Assembly: GCA_030647775.1 (NCBI GenBank)
Contig: JAUSJC010000005.1
Location: forward strand, 3,911 to 67,910
Direction of reading: 5' to 3'
Length of the DNA stretch: 64,000 bases
Source: Candidatus Curtissbacteria bacterium
GTDB lineage: Bacteria; Patescibacteriota; Microgenomatia; Curtissbacterales; GWA2-41-24
Shown here: positions 56,263 through 64,000 of the stretch, piece after piece
Layout: every line of letters begins with the position of its first letter
Position numbering within the stretch: the stretch's first letter is position 1
Made by a program: the position numbers and the translations under genes
The notes under the pieces: generated by a model
Seen by the model: only the letters and a program-made list of their open reading frames with translations
Databases searched by the model: none
Told to the model about the DNA's origin: nothing

Positions 56263-57564
56263 TTACACCGATTTTTTCTTCGGGCTTTCATAGTATTTCC
56301 TTCCGACCAAATTCTTGGGCATATATTCCATTCCCCCCGCGTTTGGATCATCCCTCCACGGATAGCGGACATGCCCCTTGCCATAATCCAGCTCTTTCAT
56401 TAATTTTGTCGGCGCGTTTCTAAGGTGCAGCGGAATCGGATCTAATTCCCCCGCGGCAACATCCGCAAGCGCCGCACCGATTGCTTCCGTTGAGGCAATA
56501 GATTTTGGCGCCTCGGAAAGATAACTTGCAGTTTGCGCCAATATTAAACTTGCCTCCGGCATACCGATCATATGGACCGCCTGCATGGCTGAAGTGGCAA
56601 TAACGAGGGCGGTTGGCATTGCGTTACCGACATCTTCACTGGCAAAAATCACCATTCTCCTTGCTATAAAAATCGGGTCTTCGCCTGCTTCTATCATTCT
56701 GGCCAGATAATGAAGCGCCGCGTCTGTCTTTCCCCCGCGCATGCTTTTGATAAAAGCGGAAATTGTGTCAAAGTGGTAATCGGCCTTTTTATCATAGTAG
56801 CTCGCCTTCTTCTGCATCGCCTCAACAATATTTTCTTTACTAATCGTTTTGCGATTAGTAACCCCTCGAAGCTTTAGCGAAGTGGGGTTTCCGCTCCCAA
56901 TAATCTCGGCGGCAATCTCCAAAGTCGTCAAAGCAAACCGCGCATCGCCGCTCGCGGCTGCTGCCAACGTCTCCAAGGCCCCGCGGTCGATCTTAAGTCT
57001 CCTTTGGCCTAACCCTCTCTTAGTATCGCGAAGTGCCTGATTAACAATTTTTTTAATTTGATCGGACGAAAGCGGATATAAAACCAAAACCCTCGACCTT
57101 GAAAGAAGCGGCCCGATAACCTCAAACGAAGGATTTTCCGTAGTCGCCCCAATTAAAGTAACCGTTCCCACCTCAACGTGGGGCAAAAGCACATCCTGCT
57201 GAGCTTTGTTAAACCGGTGGATTTCATCAATAAATAAAATCGTCTTTTTGCCGTAGAGTTCCTTTTTATTCTTGGCATCGGCAATGATTTTTTTCATCTC
57301 GGCAACATTTGAAGCAACTGCCGAGATTGAGACATATTCCGCTTTTGTCTCTTGCGCAATAATCTGCGCCAGCGTCGTTTTCCCAGAACCCGGAGGTCCC
57401 CAAAAAATAGCGCTGAAGACTTTATCGTTTCTGATTGCAGACTCAAGAAGTTTACCAGGAGCCACTAAATGTTCCTGCCCAAAAAATTCTGTAAGCTTAT
57501 TTGGCCGCATCCGATCAGCAAGCGGAGCATTAGAGCTATCAGCCGAAAATAAATCGTCACTCAT
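56263..57564 (-). CDS. rarA: Replication-associated recombination protein A
   Basis: PLADRMRP, GPPGSGKTT, DEIHRF, ATTENP, ISAFIKSMRG, SEDVG. Confidence 0.96.
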   Translation of the reverse strand: MSDDLFSADSSNAPLADRMRPNKLTEFFGQEHLVAPGKLLESAIRNDKVFSAIFWGPPGSGKTTLAQIIAQETKAEYVSISAVASNVAEMKKIIADAKNKKELYGKKTILFIDEIHRFNKAQQDVLLPHVEVGTVTLIGATTENPSFEVIGPLLSRSRVLVLYPLSSDQIKKIVNQALRDTKRGLGQRRLKIDRGALETLAAAASGDARFALTTLEIAAEIIGSGNPTSLKLRGVTNRKTISKENIVEAMQKKASYYDKKADYHFDTISAFIKSMRGGKTDAALHYLARMIEAGEDPIFIARRMVIFASEDVGNAMPTALVIATSAMQAVHMIGMPEASLILAQTASYLSEAPKSIASTEAIGAALADVAAGELDPIPLHLRNAPTKLMKELDYGKGHVRYPWRDDPNAGGMEYMPKNLVGRKYYESPKKKSV

Positions 57565-57640
57565 CTCTTTGCCCAAAGATTACCCGAAAACGAATGGGAA
57601 ATCAATATAAAAGAATAAAAAGCTTTACGGCCATGATAAT

Positions 57641-58168
57641 ATGAAAGCGGCAAAGATGACCACTAACTATAAAATCATCGTCGCTCTGGCAACAGTTATA
57701 ATTTTTGCCCTTGCTCTCTTTGGCGCTTATCGCTTTTCTCAAAACCGCCCCGGCGAACCCAAAGCCCAAGCTTCCCCACAACCGGCCTCCGGCTTTGAAG
57801 CTTTATCCCTACCTCAAACCTCTCCAACTTCCCAAAGCCCGGCAACTGGACCGGAAGACGAAGTTGCCCCAAATATTGGCATTTCACTTACTGCGCCGTG
57901 GCCGAGCGCCACCATAACTTCGCCTTTAAAAATTGAAGGCTTTGCCAATGTGGAAACAGGCGCAGTTGCTATTGTTGTTAAAGATGTTTATGGAAAAGTC
58001 CTGGGTCAGGGCAAAGCTTCTGCTTGCTTTGCCAAAAATCCCTGTCCGTTTAGCGCTTCTGTAGTTTTTGCTCACCCCGAAACTCAAACCGGAACCATCG
58101 AAGTCTTCAGTCCGTCACCAAAAAGCGGCGCCAAAGAATACCTTCAAATTATCAAAATAAACTTCTAA
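57641..58168 (+). CDS. Membrane-anchored Gmad2-type Ig-like protein
   Basis: TM segment, Pro-rich linker, ITSPLKIEGFA…SPKSG. Confidence 0.7.
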   Translation: MKAAKMTTNYKIIVALATVIIFALALFGAYRFSQNRPGEPKAQASPQPASGFEALSLPQTSPTSQSPATGPEDEVAPNIGISLTAPWPSATITSPLKIEGFANVETGAVAIVVKDVYGKVLGQGKASACFAKNPCPFSASVVFAHPETQTGTIEVFSPSPKSGAKEYLQIIKINF

Positions 58169-58201
58169 GAAAAAAACCGCAATCTGGTGTAAAATGTATT
58201 A

Positions 58202-59656
58202 ATGCAAGCAGCGGTTTTTGTCATTTTCGGCGCCACCGGAAATCTGGCTAAAAAAAGAATTTTCCCGGCGCTTTTCGCGCTTTCAAAACAAAATCTTCTC
58301 CCGCCAAAATTTAAAATAATTGCCGCCGCCCGCACCCCTTTTTCAAGCCAAATCTTTAGAAGAACCCTCCGCGAAACTTTAGATCTCCAAAACAAAGATA
58401 ATTGGGAAGACTTTACCCAAAAAATAGATTATCTGCCGCTTGATGTCGCCCAGGATTTTAATCTCAAGGACCTGGGCGGTCTTTTGGATGATTTTGAAAA
58501 AGAGGTAAAAACTTGCCCCCAAAGAATTTTTTACATGGCCATAGCCCCCGACATTTTTGAAAAAGCGACAAAAAACTTGGGCAAAAATGGTCTTCACCAA
58601 AGTTGCCGGCATGGTGGAAAGCCCAGGATTATTATCGAAAAGCCTTTTGGCTGGGACTTAAAATCGGCACGAAGTCTTGCCGCAAGCATCACCAAATATT
58701 TCACCCAAGACCAAATTTACAGGATCGACCATTATCTCGGCAAAGAAACCGTCCAGAACATTTTTGCCTTCCGCTTTGCCAATGAAATTTTTGAGCCTCT
58801 ATGGTCAAACCAATATATTGATAGCGTCCAAATAACCACCGCAGAACGAATCGGCACAGAAGGCCGCGGCGAATTTTACGATAAAACAGGGGCTCTAAGG
58901 GATATTTTGCAAAATCACCTAATCCAGCTAATGACTTTAATTACTATGGATGCCCCCACAAATTTTGACGCCAAAAGTATAAACCAAAAAAAGCTGGAAA
59001 TTGTAAGAGGTATTAAAAAACTGACAGCAGACGAAATCAAAACCCATACGGTCCGGAGCCAATATGAAGACTATCTGGCGGAAGAAAAAATCGCTCCCGA
59101 TTCTAAAACCGAAACTTACGCTCTCACCAAGCTCTTCATCGATAACCCCCGCTGGCAAGGAGTCCCTTTTTATCTTCGAACCGGCAAAAAATTAGAGGGC
59201 AAAGTAACATCCATAATTATCCAATTTAAGGAAAAAGGCCACAAGCTTTTCAAAAACTTTTCCCAAAAGCCGCTGCCCAACCACATTACCATCCAAATCC
59301 AGCCCAATGAAGGCATCGGCATAAGGCTTGCTGCTAAAAAACCCGGGCTTGGCCAAGAGCTTGAACCGGTCGACATGGAATTTTGCTATAAAACCAGTTT
59401 CGATAAACCGCAACCTGAAGCGTACGAAAGATTACTTTTGGATGTAATGCTCGGCGACCAAAGTTTATTTATGTCGGAAGATTTAATTGAAGAATCCTGG
59501 AAAGTTATTGACCCGATCGAAGAAGCCTGGGCCAAAAATCTGGTACCGCTGTCTTCTTACAAACCGGGAGGCTGGGGACCAAAAGAGGCAGACGAGCTGA
59601 TTGAAAAAGATGGCCGCACGTGGCTTGCGCCTCTCCTCACAATTTGTAGGATTTGA
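58202..59656 (+). CDS. zwf: Glucose-6-phosphate dehydrogenase
   Basis: FGATGNLA, EKPFG, RIDHYLGKE, QNH, PFYLRTGK. Confidence 0.97.
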   Translation: MQAAVFVIFGATGNLAKKRIFPALFALSKQNLLPPKFKIIAAARTPFSSQIFRRTLRETLDLQNKDNWEDFTQKIDYLPLDVAQDFNLKDLGGLLDDFEKEVKTCPQRIFYMAIAPDIFEKATKNLGKNGLHQSCRHGGKPRIIIEKPFGWDLKSARSLAASITKYFTQDQIYRIDHYLGKETVQNIFAFRFANEIFEPLWSNQYIDSVQITTAERIGTEGRGEFYDKTGALRDILQNHLIQLMTLITMDAPTNFDAKSINQKKLEIVRGIKKLTADEIKTHTVRSQYEDYLAEEKIAPDSKTETYALTKLFIDNPRWQGVPFYLRTGKKLEGKVTSIIIQFKEKGHKLFKNFSQKPLPNHITIQIQPNEGIGIRLAAKKPGLGQELEPVDMEFCYKTSFDKPQPEAYERLLLDVMLGDQSLFMSEDLIEESWKVIDPIEEAWAKNLVPLSSYKPGGWGPKEADELIEKDGRTWLAPLLTICRI

Positions 59657-59673
59657 TTCGGAGTAAATTTGGA

Positions 59674-60642
59674 CTAAGAATTCGGATCAATTCGTGTATC
59701 CTTCTTTTTAACTTCATGTCCGCCGAAAGCATTGCGAAGTGCCGCAACCATTCTTGCCGCAAAACTTCCGGAAACCGCTTCGTCTTGTCTGGACCTGGAT
59801 CTAAAATCTCTTGACGCTTCGATAATTTCCACCGGCACTTCTTCTTCTTTGGCTTGCTCGATCATCCAATCCCCCTCACCGGACGCATCAATGTAACCGG
59901 TAATTTGGGCAAGCTTAGGATCTTTTTCAAGTGCCTCTATAGTTCTTGCCATCATAAATCCGGAGTTGAGAGTCCCTTTTTGGTAAAGCTTGGCAACTCC
60001 CAAAAGGTCTAAATTGTATGGTGATTTTTCCAAAACTCCAAAACCTTCGCCAATAGACTGCATAATTCCGTATTCGATTCCGTTGTGGACCATCTTTACA
60101 AAATGCCCCGCCCCGCCCTCTCCAAAATATTCATGGCCTCCACCCGGTTTTGCCAGTGAGTCTAAAATCGGTTTGAGGTATTCATAACCTTCGACGTTGC
60201 CGCCGGCCATTAAAGGGTATCCGTCGGTTGCGGCAATAATTCCACCGGAAACTCCAATCCCCAAAAACTTAATCCCTTTCCCCTGAAAATATTCATACCT
60301 TCTTTGCGTATCGCTAAATCTGGCGTTGCCACCATCAATAACGACATCTCCGGCTTCCACATATTCGGCAACTCCCCCCGGCCCCATCAAATTTTCCTCC
60401 GTCGCTTGTCCTGCCGGCAGCATCAGCCAGACGATCCGTGGTTTCTCTAACTTTACAACCAGATCTTCTATCGATTCTGCCGCTTTTAAATTATCCTTCC
60501 AGTTAAATTTTGATATTTGATTTTTGATATTTGATATTCTCTCTCTCGTCCTGTTCCACACCACAACCTCATGCCCCTCGCTAAGAAGCTTCATCACCAT
60601 TCGATTGCCCATTCTTCCAAGACCAATAAAACCGAGCTTCAT
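59674..60642 (-). CDS. gnd: 6-phosphogluconate dehydrogenase (short-chain type)
   Basis: GLGRMG, DGGN, VSGG, GHFVKMVHNGIEY, RNAFGGH; start at ATG 60642. Confidence 0.95.
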   Translation of the reverse strand: MKLGFIGLGRMGNRMVMKLLSEGHEVVVWNRTRERISNIKNQISKFNWKDNLKAAESIEDLVVKLEKPRIVWLMLPAGQATEENLMGPGGVAEYVEAGDVVIDGGNARFSDTQRRYEYFQGKGIKFLGIGVSGGIIAATDGYPLMAGGNVEGYEYLKPILDSLAKPGGGHEYFGEGGAGHFVKMVHNGIEYGIMQSIGEGFGVLEKSPYNLDLLGVAKLYQKGTLNSGFMMARTIEALEKDPKLAQITGYIDASGEGDWMIEQAKEEEVPVEIIEASRDFRSRSRQDEAVSGSFAARMVAALRNAFGGHEVKKKDTRIDPNS

Positions 60643-60697
60643 AGTATTGATAATATAATTATTGTTCGAGCGAAGCAAGAAGAATAAGCTCTCTTAT

Positions 60698-61019
60698 TGT
60701 TCGAGCTTGTCGAGAACTACCACTGATTTGACCATTCACCATTAATTAGTTTTCGTTTCTTTTCTTGATTCCAATCTTTAATTTGTCTCTCACGTGCTCG
60801 GGCAGTAGGTAAATCGGTATGTTCTTCAACATATACTAATTTTTTGACTCCATGTTTAGCCGTGTACTTACCTCCAAGGCCTGATATATATTGCTCCAAT
60901 CTTAACTCTGGTCTCCATGTCAACCCAGTGTAATAGGTATCATCAAGACACTCGATAATGTAGACATACCATTTCCAATTTTTCTGTAAGGCACTTCTCG
61001 ACTTCGCTCGAAGAATATA
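60698..61019. mobile_element. GIY-YIG cassette bounded by inverted REP-like hairpins
   Basis: TGTTCGAGCTTGTCGAGAACTA … ACTTCTCGACTTCGCTCGAAGAATATA. Confidence 0.6.
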
Positions 61020-61028
61020 GCTGGACAC
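60717..61028 (-). CDS. GIY-YIG nuclease family protein
   Basis: WYVYIIEC…YYTG…R…KYT…LVYVE…RERQIK; start uncertain. Confidence 0.85.
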   Translation of the reverse strand: MSSYILRAKSRSALQKNWKWYVYIIECLDDTYYTGLTWRPELRLEQYISGLGGKYTAKHGVKKLVYVEEHTDLPTARARERQIKDWNQEKKRKLINGEWSNQW

Positions 61029-61033
61029 TGTTT

Positions 61034-61744
61034 TTAGATATCAATATCTGTTACCAAGTACGATTTAATTGGAGCCTTTCTGTAAAAAATTGCGGGGTAT
61101 TTTTGCATATCGTTTTCGGCATCATCAAGCATTTCTTGTAAGGCTTCTTTCTTCCCCTCCCCAAAAACCAAAATCACAAAATTTGTAAACTGGCCAAGCG
61201 CTTTTAAAGTTAAAGTTATTCTTTGCGGAAATTTGTTATCAACAGTCTCTCCAACAACATAATCAGGACTGTGGGTAGCGAGGCTATTTGGGAAAATCCC
61301 AGCGGTGTGCATGTTGCTCCCTACCCCTGGTATACCCACCCTTCTAGGAAATCTTTTAAATAAATCTTCAATCGCTAAATTGTAATCCTCAACAGTCTGT
61401 TGAAAATCGGCTCCTGACAATACTTTTCTTGATTCAATACGATGTTTATCTGCAAAATCCTTTACCCCCATTTCTCTCATTAATAATTCGTTGCTATCTT
61501 TATGAAACGGCTCTCCGTATCTTTCATCTATCACGCAAATAGAGCCAGGCAATACATCATCGGGCTCAACAATCATCTTTGAGTAATCAGAAGAAGTACC
61601 GCCGGAAAGGGCCAAAAGCGTTTGTCCGTCAACCAAGGTCCTTAAAAGATCATGAGCCTTCGTCTGCCCTTCTTCTCGGCTGGCAACTTTTATAACCTCA
61701 ATCATTCCAGACCCTCCTTCAGGAAGTTGAACAAATTCATTCAT
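61034..61744 (-). CDS. pgl: 6-phosphogluconolactonase
   Basis: LSGGTS, DER, DSN, HTAGIFP, RITLT, GEGK; next to gnd and zwf. Confidence 0.82.
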   Translation of the reverse strand: MNEFVQLPEGGSGMIEVIKVASREEGQTKAHDLLRTLVDGQTLLALSGGTSSDYSKMIVEPDDVLPGSICVIDERYGEPFHKDSNELLMREMGVKDFADKHRIESRKVLSGADFQQTVEDYNLAIEDLFKRFPRRVGIPGVGSNMHTAGIFPNSLATHSPDYVVGETVDNKFPQRITLTLKALGQFTNFVILVFGEGKKEALQEMLDDAENDMQKYPAIFYRKAPIKSYLVTDIDI

Positions 61745-63095
61745 TTTTTATGACTTTCCATTTTGAACCTTCGAACGTATCTTCAATCACTACACCCATT
61801 TCCAAAAGTTCTTCGCGTATTTTATCACTTTCTTCAAAATTTCCCGCCTTCCTCAATTCCTCTCTCTCATCAATTAGTTCCTTTGCCCCTTTTGGCAAAA
61901 CCGCTTTTTTAATTTCTCCAAGTCCAAGCCCCAAAACCTCATCCATTACCAAAATTGACCGGTGCTTTGCCGAAGTCGGGTTATCGCTTTTTACCGTTTC
62001 CCACATTATCGCGATGGCCCTCGGCATATCCAAATCGTTATTGACGGCGTTTTTGAAATCGTTCTCCAGCCCCGCGCATCCGATTTTTGGATCATCCCAA
62101 GTCGCAATCTGATCACGCAAATTGGAAAGAGCGTTTTGCGCCGCCTCCAAACTTTCCCAAGTGAAATTTAATTTAGAACGATAGTGTGCGGTCAAAAATA
62201 AATACCGGAGTGCAAGCGGCTCAAAACCCTGCCTGCCGGCAGGCAGGCCTTTTTTAATAACATCACTAAGCGTATAAATATTTCCAAGGCTCTTTGACAT
62301 CTTTTGCCCGTCTACTAAAAGATGTTCTCCCTCCAACCAAAAGTTTACAAACTTCTTACCCGTTGCCGCCTCGCTTTGGGCAATTTCGTTTTCGTGGTGT
62401 GGAAACAAAAGATCGACACCGCCGCAATGGATATCAAAATGCTCGCCCAGTGCCTCCATACTCATTGCGCTGCATTCAATATGCCAACCAGGCCGACCCT
62501 CACCAAACGGCGCCGGCCAACTGGGCTCTCTATCTTTTTTATTTTTCCAAAGCGCAAAATCACTCCAAGATTCTTTGTCGTATAAATCGTCGTTAATTCT
62601 TGCGCCTTTTTTTAACTGGCGCTTTTCTAAACCAGAAAGCTTTCCGTAATCCGGAAATTTTTCAACCGAAAAATAAACTCCGTCATCCGCCTTGTAAGCA
62701 AAACCTTTATCCAGAAGCACTACGATGATTCGTATCATCGTAGTGATATTTTCTGTTGCTCGAGGATACTCATTTGCTCTTAAGATATTTAGTTTCTCAA
62801 GATCCTCAAAAAACGCTCTTTCGTATTTTGCAGTTAAATCTCTTAACTCTAAACTCTCATCTCTCGCCCTCTTTATAATCTTGTCATCAATATCCGTAAT
62901 ATTCATTACATGATTGACTTTGTAACCATCAAAAGTTAGGGCTTTTTTTAAAACGTCTTCAAAGACAAACGTCCGCCAGTTGCCAATGTGCACATAGTCG
63001 TAAACCGTCGGGCCGCAGGTATACATACCGACTTTGCCATCGACAATCGGCTTAAACTCCTCAACTTTCTTGGATAAATAATTGTAAAGTTTCAT
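61737..63095 (-). CDS. cysS: Cysteinyl-tRNA synthetase
   Basis: CGPTVYD…HIGN, GRPGWHIECS, FPHHENE, KMSKS. Confidence 0.97.
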   Translation of the reverse strand: MKLYNYLSKKVEEFKPIVDGKVGMYTCGPTVYDYVHIGNWRTFVFEDVLKKALTFDGYKVNHVMNITDIDDKIIKRARDESLELRDLTAKYERAFFEDLEKLNILRANEYPRATENITTMIRIIVVLLDKGFAYKADDGVYFSVEKFPDYGKLSGLEKRQLKKGARINDDLYDKESWSDFALWKNKKDREPSWPAPFGEGRPGWHIECSAMSMEALGEHFDIHCGGVDLLFPHHENEIAQSEAATGKKFVNFWLEGEHLLVDGQKMSKSLGNIYTLSDVIKKGLPAGRQGFEPLALRYLFLTAHYRSKLNFTWESLEAAQNALSNLRDQIATWDDPKIGCAGLENDFKNAVNNDLDMPRAIAIMWETVKSDNPTSAKHRSILVMDEVLGLGLGEIKKAVLPKGAKELIDEREELRKAGNFEESDKIREELLEMGVVIEDTFEGSKWKVIKNE

Positions 63096-63171
63096 TTCGA
63101 GTTTACGAGAAACAAGCCCTCTTCAGGCCCGCAGTTGAGTTTCGCTCAACGAAGACCGCAAGCTTTCTGCT
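63096..63171 (+). mobile_element. Family B unit followed by a family A element (63123-63171)
   Basis: TTCGAGTTTACGAGAAACAAGCCCTCT|TCAGGCCCGCAG…GACCGCAAGCTTTCTGCT|TAT. Confidence 0.6.
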
Positions 63172-63557
63172 TATTCCGCCCCCATGTTCTTGATCTCTGC
63201 GTTTGCTTTCGTTTGCGCAACAGTAACATCCATCGATTGTCTCTTCTGCTCGCGAGTCAGTTCAGATTTTTGAGCCTCCGCTTGTTTTACCTGCTGTTCT
63301 TCCGCCATTTCCTTTCTTTTTCGCTTCTGGGAATGCTGGGCGTATATTGCGGCGATCCTTGCTTTAACTTCTTCCTGGCCCTGTTCACTAAACTCCTTAT
63401 CTTTCTTGCCCATGGAAACAATATCGTCATCTGTAGGGGCTTGTTTATTTTGGCTTCCGGTAACTTGTCCAACCACTGACTTCCCGATTTCTTTAATCTC
63501 GCTGCCAACTTCACCCAAAACATCGCCAATTACAGAACCGACCCCATCACCGTCCAT
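63171..63557 (-). CDS. Hypothetical coiled-coil protein
   Basis: 128-aa ORF with TGCTACAAT 8 nt before ATG. Confidence 0.7.
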   Translation of the reverse strand: MDGDGVGSVIGDVLGEVGSEIKEIGKSVVGQVTGSQNKQAPTDDDIVSMGKKDKEFSEQGQEEVKARIAAIYAQHSQKRKRKEMAEEQQVKQAEAQKSELTREQKRQSMDVTVAQTKANAEIKNMGAE

Positions 63558-63584
63558 ATAAGCTAATTGTAGCAAGAAATGTAG

Positions 63585-63998
63585 TCAGTAGTCCTTGCGG
63601 CCTTCGATGGCGCGGCGCAAAGTTACCTCATCGGCATATTCCAGCTCCGCACCGATTGGAATCCCCCGGGCAATCCTTGTCGTTTTAATTCCCAAGGGTT
63701 TTGTTAAGCGTTGGATATACATCGCCGTCGCTTCCCCTTCCATTGAAGGGTTCGTCGCTAAAATTAATTCCTTAACTTCTAGGGTCCGACCCTTTTCAAC
63801 ACCGCTTTTCGCATTACTGGAATCCGATTTTGCAAGGGTCGGACCCTTGAGTCTTGGCAAAAGCTCGTTAATCCTGAGTTCCTCCGGCCCGATATTGTCC
63901 AGTGGCGCGATTACCCCATGCAAAACATGGTAAAGCCCGCCAAAACTTCCGGATTTTTCAATCGCCCAAACGTCTAGCGGATCCTCAACGATACAAAT
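63585..63998 (-). CDS. recR: Recombination mediator RecR, 5'-truncated by window edge
   Basis: [14 protein letters not shown]…[15 protein letters not shown]…LEYAD…TL. Confidence 0.95.
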   Translation of the reverse strand: MCIVEDPLDVWAIEKSGSFGGLYHVLHGVIAPLDNIGPEELRINELLPRLKGPTLAKSDSSNAKSGVEKGRTLEVKELILATNPSMEGEATAMYIQRLTKPLGIKTTRIARGIPIGAELEYADEVTLRRAIEGRKDY

Positions 63999-64000
63999 AA

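Overview
Chromosomal window of a small-genome bacterium. Gene content and style suggest Patescibacteria/CPR, Microgenomates-like (inference). It uses genetic code 11, most genes lie on the - strand, and -10 boxes often sit directly before start codons. Core genes include xer, pyrH, ruvC, yebC, efp, pepA, tRNA-Leu(CAA), dnaB, hisS, rpmE, prfA, rpsF-ssb-rpsR, ychF, rarA, cysS and recR. Metabolic genes include a three-gene ATP-citrate lyase, a DapL-type lysine cluster without dapF, and zwf/gnd/pgl. The main discovery is a recurring terminus-replacing insertion pattern at several scales. (1) Micro-elements of 35-110 bp insert next to a fixed TAT/ATA target and leave arrays of synonymously recoded copies of a gene's last codons: four copies after the TPR gene, three after the antiporter, two after the winged-helix gene. 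(2) Three solo TrpR-like genes are each bracketed by two copies of their own 26-bp palindrome. Each lies between a core gene's 3' end and a recoded ghost of that end (xer, sucD-like, ychF). (3) An array of hairpin-interrupted tRNA-Leu 3' fragments follows the intact tRNA. In addition, many nested REP-like palindromes are inserted in frame in housekeeping proteins, including an empty derivative of a GIY-YIG cassette inside rluA. All calls come from motif recognition by eye; no database searches were run.
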